From NCBI GenBank assembly GCA_964188305.1, contig OZ076888.1: DNA of 64,000 nt; one strand, 5' to 3'. Under the pieces are notes generated by a model. That model worked only from the letters and a program-made list of their open reading frames with translations, ran no database searches and was not told the DNA's origin. Source of the DNA: Podarcis bocagei. Its lineage: Eukaryota. Below are positions 40,391 to 54,929 of this stretch, piece by piece. Made by a program: the position numbers and the translations under genes. The number at the start of each line of letters is the position of its first letter. Position 1 is the stretch's first letter.

Positions 40391-42543
40391 TGCATATTTT
40401 TTCAGAACTGAAAGATCTATTTATAATATCCTTAGAAAGAGGTACTGTAAACTCTTTAATATAACTGTCAGCTAGAACATGTGGATATCACTTCCTTGAG
40501 ATCATGGCCCTCAATTCTTCTGCCAGGCACCCATCAACATTTGTGGCATATTTCATATATTTTATATTCATGCAACTGCCTGGCTGCCTACTTCTAGCCA
40601 GTTCGCCAAGCTTTCTTTGTCCTAGAGCTACCACCACACATATAGGGAGAAAAGGATCTCCAAGCTTCCATTCTGTGCAACTGGGTCTCTTTCCTGTAAC
40701 TTTTGAGTATTTAAGAAAACATACAATAAATACGCCCCTGGGAGCTTATGTCCTTGCTTATTTTTTTCACTCATCACTCAAATGTGCATGGGAAGGAAAG
40801 GGGCAAAAGAGAGGGGAGGGAATCCAGATAACTTTGACTAGACAGCAGGAAAAAAAGGACAACACTCTGATCTTTTGAGTACAATTATAATGAGGGCAGA
40901 TCACAGAATATCCTCAGTGAGAAGCTTGTAACAAAAGACCACAGAGAGAGGGAAATTTGATGGGTTTGGTTAAGTGACTCTCATGACAATGTGTGCTGTG
41001 TTAAAGTGGGGACCCTTCCTGCCTTGTGATGTAACCTTGCCACCTTGTGCTGCTGATAGGGTTAAGTGTATGGAGGGATTGTGGATCAGCAAGTAAAACA
41101 GGAGAGTCTTAGTGCTGCAGAATGCAGGATCCTAAGTGGGTGGTGGGCTAGAGCAGGAAATAAGGGGGAAGCAAGTGATACAAGAGAGAAAGGCAGAGAG
41201 AGGTGTTAGTGAGCTGAGTGGCCAAGGACTCTGAGCAGAGCCAAATGAGAGTGGAGGGTGCTGCAGACCCACTTCCTTGCTGACCTCACCTCTGCTTCTT
41301 GGGGTACATCACCCAAAAATGATAGAGCTTTGGTAGAGCTTTCCAAATGACCCTCTCGCCCTGCTTGTTTGCTCAAAGGATGGAGCAGAGAAAGGGAAAA
41401 GAGGGAGCTGTGTTGAAATAAGCAAGTTCTCCAAACACTTTGAATTAACAGAAAGAAAACCTGAGATCTTTTTATTTAGGAGGGGGATATCTCAGGTTAT
41501 TTTTCAAACCCAATCCAAGAGCTTAGGGAAATTATTTGCTCTGCCCACCCCACCCCTATACAAGCTGGTGGAGAAGTTTTCTTCCATTGGCTTAAACTGA
41601 CAAGGATGGGAGAATCCTACAGGAACAAAACCTGAGGCTGAAAGAGGGGCTCCTTTCCTCCTGGTCCTCAGCAAGTGGAGGGAGGCCCCTCTGCCTCCCA
41701 CATCCTCAGATTTCAGCCATGCAGGGCTTCTAAACTCCCCACGCAAGCAAATGGAACAAAGCCACTCCATTAGCTTGCATAACTTTGTCTGGGGTGGGAG
41801 GAGGAGAACCACGCAGGGCAAAACTGTCAATTCTTCTCCAGCTTGGATTTCCATCTTAAGTGCCAAAGTGCAAGCATTTGGAGCCACTCACTCCTTTCCA
41901 TAACCCCCTATACTGATTGGTCTCATTTGCATGCAAGGCTGGCCAAAATCCATGGTTAGGGAAATTGGCCAATGAATGCAGTTGAAGAAATCTCCACCTG
42001 GCTCTTCACTTCCTAGAGCAGGGAAACATAACCTGGGGCGGCTGGTTTAGCATTAAGTATGAACCAGTACTCTTGGTTTGTTGGAGAGAAACAAACCATA
42101 AGCTCTGGTTCACATGTTGACACTAAACCAGCTGCTCCTGGGTTTGTTTCCCCACTCCAGGAAGAGAGGAGTGGCTTGTGCATTGGTTCATCTCCCCAAG
42201 TATAATTCCTGGCCACCAATACATCTGAACATGCAATTCCACACAGATCAGAAATATAAGAAATAATTTACTAAATAAGAGGAATTCAGCAATGTGGAAT
42301 CCAAAGAGGCTGAGGTTCAAGTTTGATCAGAACACATACTCATGCACTTCACATGAGTGCCTGGTGCAAACGTAGCAGAATTATAGCCAAGCTTCCAAAG
42401 ATGCTTGGATTTCTATCGCTCTTCCCTGCGTATAAAATGCAGCTATATCCCCTATTTAGCAGCAGGCATTCCAGTTACACCACCGATCACAGTAACTAAT
42501 GCTGTGTGTGCTCTTGCAGGGCAAAGGCCTGCATGGGACTCAC

Positions 42544-42679
42544 CTGTGTGAAAGGGAGGGTTTCATGGAGCTCATGGGCGGCTGCATGGGGAGCTTCCCA
42601 GGAGGGTCGTTTTGCCGACTTTTCTGGTGACGCAGCAGCAAGAGTCGTCCCAGCTCCTCACACCACGACGAGAGCAGCG
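42544..42679 (-). CDS. ZMIZ1: ZMIZ1 exon, [45 protein letters not shown](S)
   Basis: Acceptor ttccag|CG, donor AG|gtgagt; 136 bp. Confidence 0.95.
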
Positions 42680-45600
42680 CTGGAAGCAAAAACACAAAAG
42701 CGGTTGGAAGAATGAATTCTGTATTACAGTCACGAACACACACACATATATGGATAAGAATATTGTTTAGATATTTACCAGTATAATGCTTACAATAAAA
42801 AAACCAAGCAGCTCATCACCCCTGACCATTGGCTGTAGTAGATGGGGCTGATGGGAGCTGGAATTTAAGATCATCTGGAGTGCCACAGGTTCATCTCTGA
42901 TATAAACTGTTTTATTAAACTTTATTCTGAAGTATTCTGCTGTAATTTCATTTGCCTTGGTGATTAAAACCTTGGTCCACCAAAATTGTATACCATAACC
43001 CTCTTCTTACTTCATTTCTGTCCTTTCTAGCCTTACCACTTCATTTGAAATCAGAATAGTCTCGTTATTATTTAAAGCAATTTTTAAAATGCAAGGCCTT
43101 ATTTTAGTGTTTAGCACCCTGAGAAATGACTACATTTCATGGGCTGTGCCAAGTTTTCGAAAGCAAAATATTTTCAGCATGAAAGGAAGGCTTTGGCAAC
43201 TCCTCAGATACTCCCCCCCCCATTTTCCACTGTCATGTCTTTCAACATAATTCTTTTGCCAGCTACATGGTCCCAGACCATCAGAGATCATGTAGTCAGC
43301 ATGATGACGTCACAAACCCAGGCAGATTTGGATATGAGAAAATGCCACCATGCCCACTGATCAAGAAGTTAAGAAACACCGATCTCACTAGTTGCTGGTC
43401 CCTGGTTTAAAACTGGGTAGGTATAACAACTGAAGGGGTTGCTTAGTGAGGAAGCTCACTGTTTTTTCTTTCTTTTAGAATTTCTATATCCCCTCTTCAC
43501 TTTTAGTGATTAATCCCTTAAAGACAGCATGCACACTATGCTCTGGACTAATGCATTCTAAGCACAGAGAACTACTGTGAGCTCCTTCTCTCTATTAGCC
43601 AAAGAATCTGTCAACAAGCATTTGATCAAATTGTGCTCACCCTTTATCCCTGGCACATTATTACTAATGTGCCAGCAACAAAGGGTACTCGCCCTCCCTT
43701 TTCCCCCTCTCTTTTATGTTGCCTGGAGATAACAATCACTATCTAACATTACACTGTGGCCACTTGAGTTCTGAGGGGGAAAGCAGGGGGAGAAATGAAC
43801 AAAGTGTTCTGGAAAAACTGTAAATGCAGCCAGTGTTGGCATAAAAGCAAATGCAGAGCACCTCCACACAAGCTGAACGCAATTACGGTGGTGTCGAATG
43901 GAAACCATCCATCTTAAGTGTAGCTTTGATGCAAGGGGTGAGTTGTTCCTCAAATGTGAGCATATAATGCTCTCGACAAATAAAGATAAAAGGAGGAAGC
44001 AGTCTAATGATTCTGTGACATGAATCTGCAAAGGAGTGCCAGTAAACCTGCTTTGCATTGGGAGACAGACAAGGGGAAAAGCAGGAGAAGGAGTGGCAAC
44101 AGCAGAATACCACCTGGTTAGCTGAAAGAAAGTTTTCCCTCACCCAGTGTAAACAAGGTGAGATCAATATCCATGAAAGTAAATATCTGGTTCATATATG
44201 TTGCAACTGTGAAACGTAAAACATCACAGCATGGCCCTCCTTTAGGTAGATGCGCCATACATCTGTGTTTGTGGTAGGTGGATGTTTGGGTTTTGTTAAA
44301 GGAAGAGTTTCAGGGAAGAGAGAAATGGAAATTACTCATTGCCATCTTTTACTTCTGGGATTTCTAGACATTTGTATGAAGGCAGAAATATTATGACACC
44401 CATGGTAGGGAGAAATGGCTTCCATGTGTTAGCAAAGGCTCAATCCTGGAGTACAAGTACTTGGGGAAGTTCTCTTGCACAAGCATCACAGAAATCAACA
44501 GGAGCTCTACAAGATCTCCCACTCTGCTGTCCTTCAATGCAACATGAAGCACATGCCTCTCAACTGAACTGGTGTTATTTTATTTTTAATATTCATAAAT
44601 TGCCTCTCCATATTAACTATGAGCCCATAGTTATGCCGAGGCATTAAAGCACACTGAAAACAGCTAAAACGAGCAAATCAGAAGTGCATTTAAATGCAAC
44701 AACTCCAAAAACTGAGTTTCTCAGTTACACTAATCCTCAGCAAAGACTGAAGGAGGCCAGCCTCTCCACAGAGGGCAACAACCAAGGCAACAGTATCCTG
44801 TGCTCTCATTGGCTAGCGTTTCTCGGTTTTTGGCAGGTGTACTAGTTAGAGACAGAAGGGAACCTTGGCCCCCAGATTTCAACCCACTTGTGATTATTCC
44901 TCCAAAGCACCTGTATTTCTTGCCCGCTCCCTGGTTATAATTACAATTTCGTTTATCAACAACAAAATGGTCCAAAGCCACAAGTCTCTTTTAAAATGTG
45001 TGTTGATTACACAGCAATAATGAGGGGACATAAAACAGTAAATGCAACAATGCTCTTAAAAAGTTTTTCTCTTTTTGCATGAGTAATTTATATCCTGAAC
45101 GTATGTAACAGTGGGACTGAAAACCCTGCAAAGAATCTTTTCCCCTACTGAAATGTGAAATGGTGCCGTTATTGCTCTTTTCCACCTCCTCCAAAGTCTT
45201 TGTGACTGAACATTAAATGAGCATAGACCGGAAAAAGCATATCCTATCTTCTCCCACTGCCGCAGAAGAATGACAGGGAGGAAACGTAAGAGTTTCCAGA
45301 CCGCTCTCTGCTACAGAAGCCTGCCTCCACTGTACCAGGCTGCATGTGGCCCAGGAAAATTGAATAGACACAGGCCACACACAGACCCATCTGGTGCAGC
45401 TGGATTTTGGAGAACATGACCATGCTCTGCCCATTCCAGTAAGATGAAACAAACAGAAAATTAATTTGCAGATTACTCTATTCATCTTTAGCATGCTTTA
45501 GCTGCCGCTTTTTAGGCCCCAACTGTATTTAGGCACCTCTCATCTCATTGAAACTCAAAGCACGAGAAACTCAGTATCACACTATAATGAACAGATAAAG

Positions 45601-48600
45601 CAGCAAGCACAAAGGACAGCCGCAGATGGTGCCAACAGTCAGTTTCTCCTTCTCACACAGAGCAGCCAAGCAGCTGCGTTTCCCCCATCCCCCCCCCCTT
45701 ATAAAACAGGAGCACAGATTTTACAGATGGACCCTCTCAGCTCTACTTTCTGCTGCAGTTTAATGCCTGGATTTCAGCCCACTGCTACGCTGCATTGCTT
45801 TCGGCATTGCAGAACTGAACATTAAGAACCATCTCCCTCTTGACTTCCTTCCCTTAAATGAAGACAGTTGTCCTTTTGGCTGAAGCACTCAAAGACAGCC
45901 TGGTCTCCACCCCACCCCACTGGCCACCCCAATCCTTCAGCCACCAAGGTTTCCCCTGTACGTCACAGGACAGGGAAAGGTTGACAGTTTTAAAACAGTC
46001 CTACAATAAATAATATGCAAGGATGATGGGCACAAGAGGTGGCCAATTATTCACTGGATAAAAACTCAAGACATGGTCAAACCTGGGGTGCTAACTGATG
46101 GTTCTGGATAAGTGTTTCATTTTGGGGGAATTAAGAAAGAAAACAGCTTATTTGTGTACAAACATCTACTCTATGGAACACTAAATATTGACAGTTGAGA
46201 CCTGCTCGTCAAACAGATGAGAAGGGGAGCAATCGGTGGAGAGATTAAATACCCTAATCTATTTTGTGCCTAAACAGGTACAATCTTCAGTCAAGCAAGA
46301 AAGAATCTAGAAGTTCATCAGCCTGTCCAGAAAAGTGGAAGGATCAGACAGGTACAGGTTTTAATGGATTGTGGCACATATTGCATAATGCTCCTGCATA
46401 CAGAAAACAAGAAGCCCACAGAGAGGACTAGGCCAGAACCCTCCTCTCTGATAGATGGCAAGAATTATAATTCAAATCTACAATTCCCCACCTCAAGACT
46501 GAAGTAGTCTTGAACCACAAGAGCTCCGTACTCAGAATGAACAAAAATTCTAAACTACACCTGAAAATATTTCCCACAGGATAGTACAGTAGTCAGCTAA
46601 GTTTTACTCAGTGCAGATCTATTGAAATTAGTGGGCCCAGTTTAGTTGATTACCACCCATAATTTTGTGGTGAACTAAAGATGAATTAAATTCATTTTGG
46701 GACAAAACTTTGAATGATTTCTAGTTCATCTTCCAGTTCATCCCCTCCACCCATTATAGTATTATAGTTCCAATACTATGTTTATATTAGGGCTATTAAC
46801 TAATCAAATAATGTTTCTTATTATTCACCTATCTTTTAACCAAATTAAAATAGTTTAAAAATGTAAATAAATTTGCATATTACCCCAAACCTCAACATAT
46901 GTGCCCTTTTGATATTAAAAGAAGTATAAGACAATTGACAATTTAATACACAACTATAGCCATTGTAATTTCCAATTACAGTAGGCAAAATAGTTCAGAA
47001 AAATAGAAACAAGGGCCTTCTTAAACTACAATCCCACCAATGAAAACTTGCCCTCCCTGTTAATTTTTTTCTGAGCAATTAATCAAGCTTGACATGACTG
47101 ATCTACTAACTAAAGCTTGAAACCTTTTTTAGAGATCTTTAAGCAAGGGTGTGGTTCCCCAGTGACCATTCCTTCCTTTCAAAATGAATACTTCAAAATG
47201 AAGAGCTTACATCTGTTTTCATGCTTATTTTATGAAACAAAACAATGGGGGCAGTTAATGCCTTCAAATCAGGAGATTTAATAATAGATAGGGCCAATAA
47301 ATCCCCTCTTTTTGGGGGGAGGGGTGTAGGCAGGACTCAGGATGAATGGCAAAGAGGCTCAGTGACCAGAAGTTACTGCTAAATTTGCTAATGTGTGCCA
47401 AGCTAACACAACACATGTGACTATTGATTCTGGAACCATCAGGCATAGCTGCTGTGCTGCAAAACGCTGTGGTAAGCATCTACGAGAGACTAAATGAACG
47501 AACGGACTCCCTGGAAAGTGAAATACAGAGGCTCATGGTGCTAATCTATTTACCCATTATGATACCCTAGTATTAGTTACAGTTTATCACCTCAGTAAAT
47601 TACCGCCTCTTGTTAAGAAACGTGCTTCAAGGTGCGACAAACTGTTATTTATAGGCGTACACTATATTTACAGCTAGAAAGGCAGGTGAGGAAGGGGCAG
47701 GACAGCAGCTCAGTCATTTCAATGCCTTTTGCTTCCCAGGAGACAGCGGGGAAAGCACAATAGGATTACAGCTTCTTGCTGCGGTTAAGCTGCAGCAAGA
47801 GTTCAATAGGCAGCACAGCACTATTTCCTTCTTGGCTGCTCCAGGAAATCTTTAAGGAAGATGCAAGGTTTGGTTGTGATAAATGCATCTCTGCATTGAT
47901 TGCTTTTCATTCACAGCAAGTGGAGCCATCCAATGCTAATGGATGCACTGCTATAGGCAAAACAAACCAATAAATGCTTCCACCACCACCCTTAATGGCA
48001 CCCTTTACAGATGTGCAATCCTGCATACTGCACAGTGTACTTTATGCCATGGAAGATTGCTGAGCAGTTGCAGAAACGGTTCACACAGTTGCTGCATCAC
48101 TGCAAAAACTTAAATCCTGTTTACAAAGACAGAAAACAGAGCAGCTTGGGCAAAAGAGCGTTGTCTTGGTCACAAAATAGTTGCAACATTTTAAGTGCCA
48201 TACTGGAAAAATTCAAAAGACACTGTCCGTCAGGCACGTATTTCAAATAGCTATGCAACAAAACATTATTTATTTAACTTTCATCTTTATTATCTACACC
48301 TTCCTCCGAGGATCACAGAGTTATGGGGTTATACCTGGACGTATGGCAGCCCTACACAACGCCATTTATGAGTTTATGTTATATAAACTGGATTGCCACT
48401 GTCCAGAGAAGCCAAAGTGATGCCCTTCAGATATTGTCTGACTCCAACTCCCATTGGCCTCAGCCACTGTGCTCAGCTGTCATGTAGGATCGGAGCTGTC
48501 GTCCAACAACAATGGATGAGCACTGTGTTACTCCTGCCGTACCCTACTGGCAAGAGGTCAGGAAACCTGGCAGACACCTCTGGACCCTCGCCCACTGCCC

Positions 48601-49459
48601 AACCCCACCCCACCCATCTACTAACACTATTGATGCTCAGCCTGGGTTCTCAGCCACATAGCCGCTTGCTGGCTGTCCCAGACAGAATTTAGACTCTAAT
48701 GTTAGACTTTAATCTATATCTAGACCCTTAAGTAAATCATTGTTGGATGTATTTTCAAAAGGTACTGAACAGCCAGGACTCCTGCAGTGCTTGAAGTGAA
48801 CGAAATGGCAGGTGCTCAGCACCTTTAAACCACAAGCCAATTTTCTGTAAGCACCAATATGGATTTAAGAGCTTAACGGCACACACATGGATTTCAAAAT
48901 TTGCTCTTTCTTCAGCAGATTACTTATATATATTACAATGGCAGAAGGGAAAGGGAGAAGGAAAAGTCTAATAATGGCCTTTTATATGAATTTTCCAGAG
49001 ACGTATTCCATAAACACACTGTATACTGCAGCAATTATTAATACACCTCTTCTTTCAAAAGTGAAAGGAGAACAGGGGCGCATTAATTCCTATTAATTCA
49101 GAGGCATAATAGTTCAAACGGGGAAGGGGACAAGTATTCTACTGCCAAATTCATTTTCTGAAGCATCCAGGCCTCAGCCTCTCTGACCTGAGAAAACCTT
49201 TGCTTCAGACTCTCTTGTTTGCTCTCCCTGTCAATTCATGGACCAACAAGGACAGAATCAGGCAGCTTACTCCCATAGTCTCCAGTTCCCATTACAGTCC
49301 ACAGAGCCTATTTGACACCACCTGGATGGGATGGCCTCAGCATGCTCCCACTCCTTCTCTGAAATGGGATACGTGGCTCATCTCAGCTATCTGCCAATCT
49401 CCCATTCCCACCACCCTTCTGAGTAACACCCCTCCCCACCTTCTCACTATATAGAAGGA

Positions 49460-49560
49460 TCTGGCAACTTCTGTTTCAGTGTATCTGAAGAAGTGTGCAT
49501 GCACACGAAAGCTCATACCAAGAACTAACTTAGTTGGTCTTTAAGGTGCTACTGGAAGGG
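49460..49560 (+). mobile_element. Penelope-like element terminal fragment containing a minimal hammerhead ribozyme motif
   Basis: CTGAAGAAGTGTGCATGCACACGAAAGCTCATAC...TTGGTCTTTAAGGTGCTACTGG is the characteristic reptile Penelope pLTR end. Confidence 0.75.
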
Positions 49561-50002
49561 ATTTTTTTATTCTGAAATGGGAGTTTAGGTTGAGGCAGAA
49601 AGTAGCCCATATTTGATGGGGAATCTCCCTTGAAGCCATATGGCAGGTACAATTAACAGTTTTCTGGCCTGAGGGTAACATGCGCTCTTGGGGGATGTAT
49701 TCGAGCAGTGTGTATATCAGACCAATACACACTCTTTCACACACAAACTTGTCCCATGCACACACATAGTGGACACATGGGCACACACACAGGAGCTGAT
49801 CCATACATATCTTCAGAGGAGGAAGACAATTGCCCACTCAAATGATCCATTTGATGGCTGGGGAGGGGGCTTCACCCACTCCAGCACTGTCTACCTTTCC
49901 CTTCCTTTTTACAACTGATGCCCAAATTGGGGCGGGGATCACCATCCTGATTCCTAACACCTTTTCTTAGAGCACCCTTACCCAACCCAGTGCTCTCTAA
50001 AT

Positions 50003-50342
50003 CATGGGCAGGCAAACTAAGGCCCGGGGGCCGGATCCGGCCCAATCACCTTCTAAATCTGGCCCACGGACGGTCTGGGAATCAGCGTGTTTTTACATGA
50101 GTAGAATGTGTCCTTTTATTTAAAATGCATCTCTGGGTTATTTGTGGGGTCTGCCTGGTGATTTTACATGAGTAGAATGTGTCCTTTTATTTAAAATGCA
50201 TCTCTTGGTTATTTGTGGGGCATAAGAATTCATTCATATTCCCCCCCCAAAATATATATATATATATATATATAGTCCGGCCCTCCACAAGGTCTGAGGG
50301 ACAGTGGACCGGCCCCCTGCTGAAAAAGTTTGCTGACCCCTG
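50003..50342. mobile_element. hAT MITE with an internal duplication of about 60 bp
   Basis: Perfect TSD CTCTAAAT (49995-50002, 50343-50350); ends CATGGGCAGGCAAACT / AGTTTGCTGACCCCTG; repeat at 50091-50149 and 50162-50220. Confidence 0.88.
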
Positions 50343-50930
50343 CTCTAAATGTTCGGACTACAACCCCCATCAGCAGATTTGACAGCAGTGCTGGTGGGGC
50401 TTCTGGAAGCTATACCTGATGGAGTGTACCAGGCTGAGAAAGGCTGCTTTTGAAGCTGCTGACTACAGCATTAACTGGGTATTGTGTAAAATCTCATCAT
50501 GTGCTGCTTCATACACAGCCAGAACAGAAAAGAAGACAATTGATTTCTTGGGCAGCTCTGTTAACGCCCCCCCCCCACCTCTCTAATTGACATGGCATCT
50601 CAATCATTGGGGGGAAAGTGTGTACCTCTGAAAGATACAGATTCAGAGAAAGAGGTGAGATAGGAAGGCGGCATTGACGAATGCAGAAAGGATTCCACAT
50701 GCTTTAAACTGCAGAACCCAACATCTTCCTCCTCCTCTAGATTCTGAAATACAGACATCAAGAGCTTTGGAATTACTTAACAAGGCCAATCTTTCAATGG
50801 AAGGTGCTGGTGCCTTCTAACTCAGGGATGTGTGAATAACAGACTCAGATCCCATTATTAAGAAGGAAAATATGGAGGAGAAACATAATTTTTACCATTA
50901 ATTGCTGCCACAGTGCTTGACCCAGATGTA

Positions 50931-51172
50931 CAGTGGTACCTCGGGTTAAATACGCTTCAGGTTACATACGCTTCAGGTTACAGACTCCGCTTACCCAGAA
51001 ATAGTGCTTCAGGTTAAGAACTTTGCTTCAGGATGAGAACAGAAATCATGCTCCGGCGGCGCAGCAGCAGCAGGAGGCCCCATTAGCTAAAGTGGTGCTT
51101 CAGGTTAAGAACAGTTTCAGGTTAAGTATGGACCTCTGGAACGAATTAAGTACTTAACCCGAGGTACCACTG
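50931..51172. mobile_element. Tc1/mariner (Tigger-like) MITE
   Basis: TA TSD on both sides; perfect TIRs CAGTGGTACCTCGGGTTAA / TTAACCCGAGGTACCACTG; internal GCTTCAGGTTA repeats. Confidence 0.92.
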
Positions 51173-54100
51173 TACTTTTTAAAATATCCCTGGCCTGTTT
51201 CAAACCATCAGTGACATCAACATAGTCAAAGCCCCTTCCCTCCGAACTGCACAAAGCAAGCCAGCTTATTTTGGTTTTTTAAACATAGGCACACAAAATC
51301 TGAATGAGCTTCTTCACAGCCAATGGTACTAGGGGCCTTTGGTAACCTATGAATTTACAGTAATTTGAGATGTGAATCAGAAGAAGTTGGAACATACATG
51401 ATCAGTAACTGATTTGTGCTTTTATACATTTATATTCTAACACCCAGTTTCACCTATATTTGTTTCTGTTTAAGATTGTGAGGTTGGTCAGTGAGGTTCC
51501 TGGAATCATGGGAGAGAGGGCAATAAGGTATTAATCCAACCAGCTTGGTATTGTCAACTATGACTGTTACCAGCTCTCCAATTCTCCAGACATGGGTCTT
51601 TTCCTGCCACACCTGAAAGACGCCAGGAATTGAACATGGAACCTTTTTCATGCAAAGCATGTAATCTATTACTGAGCCGTCCCCCAAGCATATAACCCAC
51701 ATGGCAAAGGCCAAGTGACAGAAGATGTACACCAATCATTGCTTAAAAAAAAAAAGGGCCTGGTGGTAAACAGTGCCATTCTTGTAGGCAGTGTTGCATG
51801 GTAACTGGCATTAAAAATCTGGCACTCAACAGCAGTTAACATGGCATATACAGTGTCCATATTAGCCAAGCTGAATAATTAGAACCAGACAGGCTGTTGG
51901 CAGCAAATGCAGGATGCTTGCCGAAGTTTCAAAGCATCCCTAATTAGGAGGCAGAGCAGATAATGAAAGACACAACTCAGCCAAGTACAGGATCTTAGAT
52001 AATTATTATACCCAACAAAGGAGATAGCAAATGTAAGAAAGAGACCATATGCGCACGTATGTGTTTCTACCAAAATATCACGGGGGAAAATAGTGTGGCA
52101 GATAAAACCTGCAAAGTATTACCAGTATGTTCAGGGAGTAGACGTCTGCTTTGTGCTAGAAGACAAGCCATGCCATTAGGCAAGAAACATAGGATGGTTT
52201 GTGTACGTTTGGAGGGCTAGTCCCATACAAACTAGGTATCAATAGTTGAAACAATAAGATATGGGGTGAAACTGGGGCATAAATAATGTAAATGATTGTC
52301 CTGATAGGTTAAAGAATTCATCAAGGGACTTGAACCTGGCATTACCTGGAAGCTGGACCTGTTGTGGGCAATCCAAACAAAGAATGCCTTGGTAGATCAC
52401 CTAGTCAGCAGAGGAACTAAGATAAGACAGGTCACCTAGCCAACAGAGGGTCTAAGAGAAGAAGAAAGCACAGCAGGAGATCCCATGTCCAAATAAATCC
52501 CTGCTCTCCTCGTGCCCTCCTGAGGGTGAGAGAGAGAGAGAGAGAGAGAGCAAGCCCAAAGCTCACACCAAATCTCACATGAGGGGAAAATTCCAGGAAT
52601 AAAGGAATATCTAGAGACTCAGAAAGAGAAGCCTAGGATGAAGTTACATGTCTGGTGGCAAATGCTGGATTGCTAGTCCCATGTCTACTGTCAAGCAGGC
52701 AAAATGGGATCAGACAGGTAAGAGGATGGTCATTTTCCTCTGCAACCCCCCCCCCCATCCACTGTCCCCACAATTTCCTGGGGTTCAAAACGTGCTTACT
52801 GGGCAAATGGGAGGGAACAGCTATGGGGGAAGTTGCAGGAGAAAAGTAGCAGTCGAGAAAAGGAAATCCTATATTTGACAGCACAAATCTAGTTTGAACC
52901 CAAGGCTTCATTTACATATAACCTGGGATCCTTGGTTGCTCCCACAACGGGGAGATTCTGTGTAAAAGCTTCCACCCACATGGTTCTGCTAATAAAGAGA
53001 TTTTAACAAAATGCACACAAGTGACACCTGACCCTTTATACAACACCTGACCAGAGACAGAGCAACTACAGAAGAGGGAACTAGATGATTGGTGGTAAAC
53101 ATAGGATTCCTTTCCCCAGGCTGTTGCTTTTCTTCTGCAATCCAATCTCCAGCCCCCTCACCCACTGCTTTACAAATATATTTTAAAAAACCTCTACAGC
53201 TTAATTTGTCGAACAAAAATTTTGCTCCCCCTGGAATAAGATTTTTAAATGAGAACATGGCCTACGAGAGCACAATAGCTGAAGGCACTTGCTGAGGAAA
53301 GATTCTTATTTGCTAACATTTAAAGAGGCTTAGCTAAGCATGGTAGGAGGAGCTCATTACAAGCACTGCTACAACATTCAGTCTGACAGGATGCTATTGA
53401 TTAGAATATGAGAGACATAGTAAAGCAATATAACCATTAGGGAAACAGCTCAGATATTTCAGAAGAACGATAGTGCTGCAGCTCTTGGATCTCTTTGTCA
53501 GAGCAAGAAGATGAGACTAATGATTTCAATGACTGTGCTTTCTAAAACAGAAGATCATCAATTTGATCTAGGCAAACATTTAAACACTACACATGCTTCT
53601 TTGGAAGTGGTTTTTTTAAAAAATGTTAAATATGAGAAAATGAACATTTAAATGTGAAAATGATGATCTCCTTACTTAGAAAAGAGAATTCGGCCACAAG
53701 CAAAATATACAGAAAAACTGGAGCTTCGTAAGACATATAACATAATACAATAGAATAGCAGGTGGGATACACACTATTCCAACTTGTTCACGAAGGACTT
53801 TCTAGGGAGAAGCCCCAATCTGGTATAAATCTTGAGTATGTATGCACTCCTACCCCACCCTGACAAAAGCAAGCAGTGAAATGGGTTGTACTGGGTTTAT
53901 TTGAAGGTGGCATGTCCTGATACAAAGTTTATAAAGCCATACATGGCATAGTCTGCAGACAAAGTAGATAGAGAGATGTTACCCTCCTTTCCTCATTAAG
54001 ACCAGAAAGTGATTGGTGGGAGATTTAGGACAGACAAAAGGAAGTACCTGTTCACACAGCACACAATGAATTAACAATGAATGGTGGCCAGTGCCTTTAA

Positions 54101-54929
54101 GAATTTGAGGGAATTCAAGGGGAACAACAATGACCTCTCTCTGCCTAACTGGTTCCTGCCTCTAGGGGGAGTAAAACCTAACCTCAAGACTTCAAAACCA
54201 GACCTTTAAATCCTAAACATCCAAAATAAATTTATACTCTACTGGGGAACAGAGTCAGACAAGATATACTGGCCCCCATAATAAATACTTATTCACCCAC
54301 ATATATTAGCAAGGTATATAGTCCTAACCTTAAACACACGCACATACACGTACCTTAAACACACAACACAATAGGACATTAAGAATGATGCTGGTACACC
54401 CCATCAAAAATATACACATTTAATAAGTTATACTTCTAGACTTCCTTGAGTGATTCAACAGAACATATTAGATGCCTCTCATGAGCATCCTTTATTTCAT
54501 TTAAGGATGAAAGGGGAATTATTATTGCAGATCAGAAATTGTAGAACAGTTAGAAAATTAAATAGAAAAGAAAATGACCAGTAATCTTCAAGACAGGCAA
54601 AATCACAAAGTGATCATTCTGGAACCTGAATTTTCATTTATCCACCTGCTTTATAAGCCTACCACATCCTAAAGATGGCTAACAACATACTTTATATTAT
54701 TCTCCCACATTCTCCTCTTTCTTTCAAATAAAATAGACAAGACGCATATAAAAATCCACCCCCAATACCAGCCAAGTATCAATCATGAAAGCCCAGCCAA
54801 AGGTATTCATATTCTATAAACTATAGATAGGTGAAATAATAGTCTGCTAGCATGTTCTGGAGACTTATAAAGGAGTTTGAACCGTCTCTTTCCCCCAAGC
54901 TGGTCCAGGACACGAATTTCCTTCTAATT

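Noticed and set aside
47445-47476. Minus-strand RFAAQQ resembling the upstream ZMIZ1 exon (SRVAAQQGFD)
   Set aside because: Similarity is limited to a few residues and the flanks do not match; the true exon probably lies beyond 64000.
50940-51130. Spaced GCTTCAGGTTA repeats as a CRISPR-like array
   Set aside because: Irregular internal repeats of a mariner MITE in eukaryotic DNA.
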